A stretch of 64,000 nucleotides of DNA from positions 7,874,001 through 7,938,000 of the forward strand of contig NW_024704749.1 in NCBI RefSeq assembly GCF_018977255.1, written 5' to 3'. Both the position numbers and the translations under genes were made by a program. The DNA is from Callorhinchus milii. Taxonomy: Eukaryota. The first letter of the stretch is position 1, and each line of letters begins with the position of its first letter. Positions 60,901-64,000 of this stretch are shown one piece after another. Below the pieces are notes generated by a model. It was given only the letters and a program-made list of their open reading frames with translations, searched no databases and was not told the origin of the DNA.

Positions 60901-63855
60901 ACTCTATTTCACAGTGAATCCTGTGAAGCGCTTTGAGACATGATAAGGTTGCTATATCAAAGGCAAGTATTATTATTATTACGTGCATGCCTAATTCCCT
61001 TTTAAACGCTCTTATGGACTTGACCTCAACACTGCTGTGTATCATTTCGATGTGCTCGCTGGTCGTTCGTTCATTCATTCACTGACGTTCCTCCCCTCCA
61101 CCCCCACAGCTGATCTTCGATGCAGTGCTGCAGATCATGTATGGCGCAGTGGTGCCCTGGAGCGATGCGGTGGAGGAGCTGGTCAAGCAGCACCTGGAAA
61201 AGAACCACCGCAAGTAGGTGCCTTGGTGGGAACCTTGCACACTGGCTGCCTCGAGATGGTCAGTGGAAGCTTTGGGAGAGGCTGCTTGTGCCTTCAGCGC
61301 TTTGGGACATCCTCACAACTTGAAAGGCGCTACACAAATGTTGTCTGTTGTTGACACCGCTGAATTTTATGGGGGTGGAGCTGGTGTTGGGAGACGACCT
61401 GTTGGGCAGATCCCAATCTGCTCAAGGCCCGGCGGCTTTAAGTCCCTCTAAACGGCACGGACCACCGCAGGGATATTTATTAGCCCACCGAGGCTATTTG
61501 GTTAGAAGTATCTGTTTTGAACCCTGAAGGGTTGACGTAGATGAGGGTAAGCGCAGTAACTAACTCCCTGCATTGATGTCAGGGTGAAGCAGCTGCAGGA
61601 AAGCTACAGACTCATGGAGATGAAAAAATTGTTACAAGGATACGGGATACGCAACTTCAACGTGTCCAATGACTACGAGATCATGGTGAGGTTGGAGTGA
61701 ATGTTGTGCTCTTTTTATGTGAGTGACTGCAAAAACATTGCGATTCTTACAGTGGCGACTTGGACAATTATTTTGTCTTATTAGTGTGATGTGATTGGTA
61801 TTATATATTGTACAGCCAAGCCCCATTCTGTCCTTGCCTGGCATTCCTATACTCCCGCAGAGGAGAGTTTGGCCTCCCAGCCTGTCGTGTCATGTTGTTT
61901 TGTTGTTAAACGCTGCCAATCTCTTCTCTCGGGCAGAGGCTAGTCAACTTCATCTTGAAACAGGACCTGGGGTCCTCGCTGGACGACGCTCTGAAGGTGG
62001 TCCGTGCCTATATGCTGCCCCCCGTGGACGTTTACTTTCTTCGAATCTCGCACCTCATCTCCAATGGACGGGTAGGTTCATCCGATCTCTGTTCAGAGCT
62101 CGTGAGGACAGATCCCACAATGTAAAAGGGGATTGGCTATTGAATAACAATGGTTTCTTTCTTCGCTAGTTACTCTTAATTTCTTTAAATAGCGAGATGT
62201 TCTGTTGTTCACTCAGCATCTTTGGGCCGGGGAAAGGCTGACGAAATATTTCATAAGAAATTGTTCTGTTCTACTGGGTGTTCGGGAGAAACCGGATTAC
62301 ACATGCTGGCTTTCTTCTTTCCGTCCTTTTAACAGAGAGATGATTGCCTTAACGTCCTGAAGTCTCTTGCCTTCAGCGAAGCGGAGGACACCGCAATGAG
62401 GCTGGTCACGTGGGCCCGATTGAAGTTTCAGGACCAGCCCGATAGCCCTGAGGTGAGGCCGGCCTCTTCACTGTACTGTCTTGTCATAATAATTTGCTCA
62501 CAATACTTATTGCCTAAATGCAGTGAGATGGGGCTGCAACAACTGACGCAGCAAAATTCTGAGACGGGTTTGGCTCAAACCTTCTGACCCAGATAGAGGG
62601 GAGCATAACTGACTGAGCGAAACTGACACATATTTTGTGTGGAGACAAATATACGCCAGATTGTGAGTTGCTATTCTTTGTTTCAGGGGAAAAAGCATCT
62701 GGTGTCAATCGCAAAGGCTTTGGTGGAGGTTCTTAAATTCCTGCAGACCCATCAAAAGGGTGAGTTGTGTGTGCACTCCACAGCACGCTGTATTAATGGG
62801 CTCGGTGCAGCCTGTGTCACAGGAACAGGAGGAAGCCATTCAGTCCCTCGAGCCTGTTCCATCATTCTATTAGCTCCTGGCTGATCTGTACCTTAACTCC
62901 AATTACATAAGTAATTGTGAGACGGTTTGAAGACATGATAAGGCGCTACATCAACTGCAAGGATTATTATTATTGTCAACAAGGCTGCTTTTCTTTTGGC
63001 AGATGATACTTCGAAAAAGGAAGAGTACCAAAGCCATTTAAAAATGTTTGAAACCATTGGAAATTTACAGGTATAACGATTGATGTTTTTAAACTGTGTG
63101 TGCTTGGTGTGTTTGTTTGTGTGTGTGTCTGTGTGTATATGCGCATGTGTCCAAGTGAGAGTGTGTTAAGTAAAAAGAACATTTCCCTAGACACAGGGTT
63201 CAGTCTGAACGCTTCTGTGCAAAAAAGGCGCTATACAAATGTAATTTGTTGTTGCTCTTCTTATGACTAGATTTACACTGTAGCCTCAAGTTGTTCCAGT
63301 GTCCTGACTTCGACCACCAGTCTTGCTAAGGTGTTCTGATTTAGCCTTTGTTTCTGTTCTGTCTTTCACAACCCTGAGTGAACCTGCACCTTCTTGCCTT
63401 GCTGCCTCGGTGTATCTGAAAGCATTGTTTATTTCCGATGGTTTTGAAATCTTCTTTCCCCACTGGGGAGACTTCCTCAAGTTCAATAATTTAGCCTTGG
63501 GTGTTTGATCCTTTGAGTCCTCCCGTAGTGGCTACGCTATTTACTTACAATCGTCCATCGTCCCACAGGAATATTTTGATATCTTTATTTCTTTGCGAGA
63601 CTACGAGAGTCCAGAAGCGCTCTTGCAGTTGTACGAAGAGCAGGTGCAAGCGTTAGCCAGCACGTGGTCCAGGTCAAAGTCGGGGAAGGAGCCACTTGTG
63701 AACGGCTGCTCAGAGAACAAAGCCACGGTTCCTACTGAGGGCAGGCTCTACAGACTCTCCCTCCTGCTGCAGAACTCCGAGCAGCAAGCGGGAGGGCAGC
63801 TCGCCCTGAGAGCTCTTGCTGACGGAAAAGTGGAGAAGGCGCTGAATATTTGCAG
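48914..63855 (+). CDS. KNTC1: Kinetochore-associated protein 1 (ROD, RZZ complex), first 33 coding exons; gene continues off the right edge
   Basis: Starts [16 protein letters not shown]. Exons: 48914-49045, 49249-49369, 49855-49970, 50466-50544, 50930-51007, 51577-51611, 51724-51834, 52222-52315, 52762-52814, 52916-53028, 53618-53672, 54061-54159, 54422-54465, 54756-54821, 55047-55122 ([25 protein letters not shown]), 55595-55720, 55881-55970, 56401-56466, 56755-56816, 57251-57362, 58120-58263, 58734-58790, 58936-59037, 59305-59424, 59595-59738, 60302-60400 ([14 protein letters not shown]), 61110-61213, 61583-61685, 61937-62071, 62336-62452, 62687-62759, 63003-63070, 63569-63855. All GT-AG and in phase. 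Confidence 0.96.
50140..50410 (-). mobile_element. L2 3' fragment (antisense)
   Basis: G-rich reverse complement of the L2 tail (GGTCGAAGATGAAGGTATTGAGACGGGCG...GGAGTTCTAAAGAGCAGGGGCAGA). Confidence 0.6.
56015..56358 (+). mobile_element. tRNA-derived SINE copy
   Basis: TAGTGTAGTGGTTAGTGCGCTCACTTTGCAAGC..GGTTTGATTCCC head, family body and (ATT)n tail. Confidence 0.8.
57578..57970 (+). mobile_element. L2 LINE 3' end (ORF2 C-terminus and 3'UTR)
   Basis: [24 protein letters not shown]... continues the same L2 family as the 12 kb copy; ends in (TTG)n. Confidence 0.9.
59983..60191. mobile_element. Tc1/mariner-type MITE
   Basis: 24-bp TIRs CAGGTGTCCACAAAG(A/T)CCTGTTAC (23/24 match), flanked by TA on both sides (59981-2 and 60192-3). 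Confidence 0.85.
60560..60980 (+). mobile_element. DeuSINE-type SINE
   Basis: tRNA-like head (GCAGTGGTAG..CTGAGTCAGAAGGTTGTGGGTTGAAATCCC), central Deu-like domain (GTTAAACCGAGGTCCTGTC..GATGTTAAAAGATCCAATGGCACTATTCGAA..GTCCTGGCCAA-like) and the shared L2-type tail. Confidence 0.8.
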
Positions 63856-64000
63856 GTAAGAAATTTTTATTAATAATATCATAATAATCCTTGCATTTGA
63901 TGTAGCACCTTATCACCTTGTTGAGATGCCTCAAAGCGCTCCATGGAATATATTGAAAAGTCGATTGACCATGTGTTTTGTGGGTGAAATGTGGCAGCCA

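Overview
Vertebrate genomic DNA. The repeat content (tRNA-derived and Deu-type SINEs, L2/CR1 LINEs, a Penelope-type hairpin) points to a cartilaginous fish; this is an inference. The assembly has several N gaps. The window covers the conserved CLIP1-ZCCHC8-RSRC2-KNTC1 block: the 5' end of CLIP1 (-), complete ZCCHC8 (-, 14 coding exons), complete RSRC2 (-) and the first 33 coding exons of KNTC1/ROD (+). Main finding: an intact 4-exon gene of about 419 aa that I do not recognise (+, 28894-31637), head-to-head with ZCCHC8 and tail-to-tail with RSRC2, where I recall no human gene. ZCCHC8 has an AT-AC U12 intron, a GT-AG U12 intron, a GC-AG intron and an apparent frameshift in its last exon. RSRC2 has a 16-heptad RS/KS expansion plus candidate poison and cassette exons. 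CLIP1 intron 1 holds a hairpin with a hammerhead-like core, and the CLIP1 promoter has a six-E-box array. All exon calls were read by eye; no searches were run.
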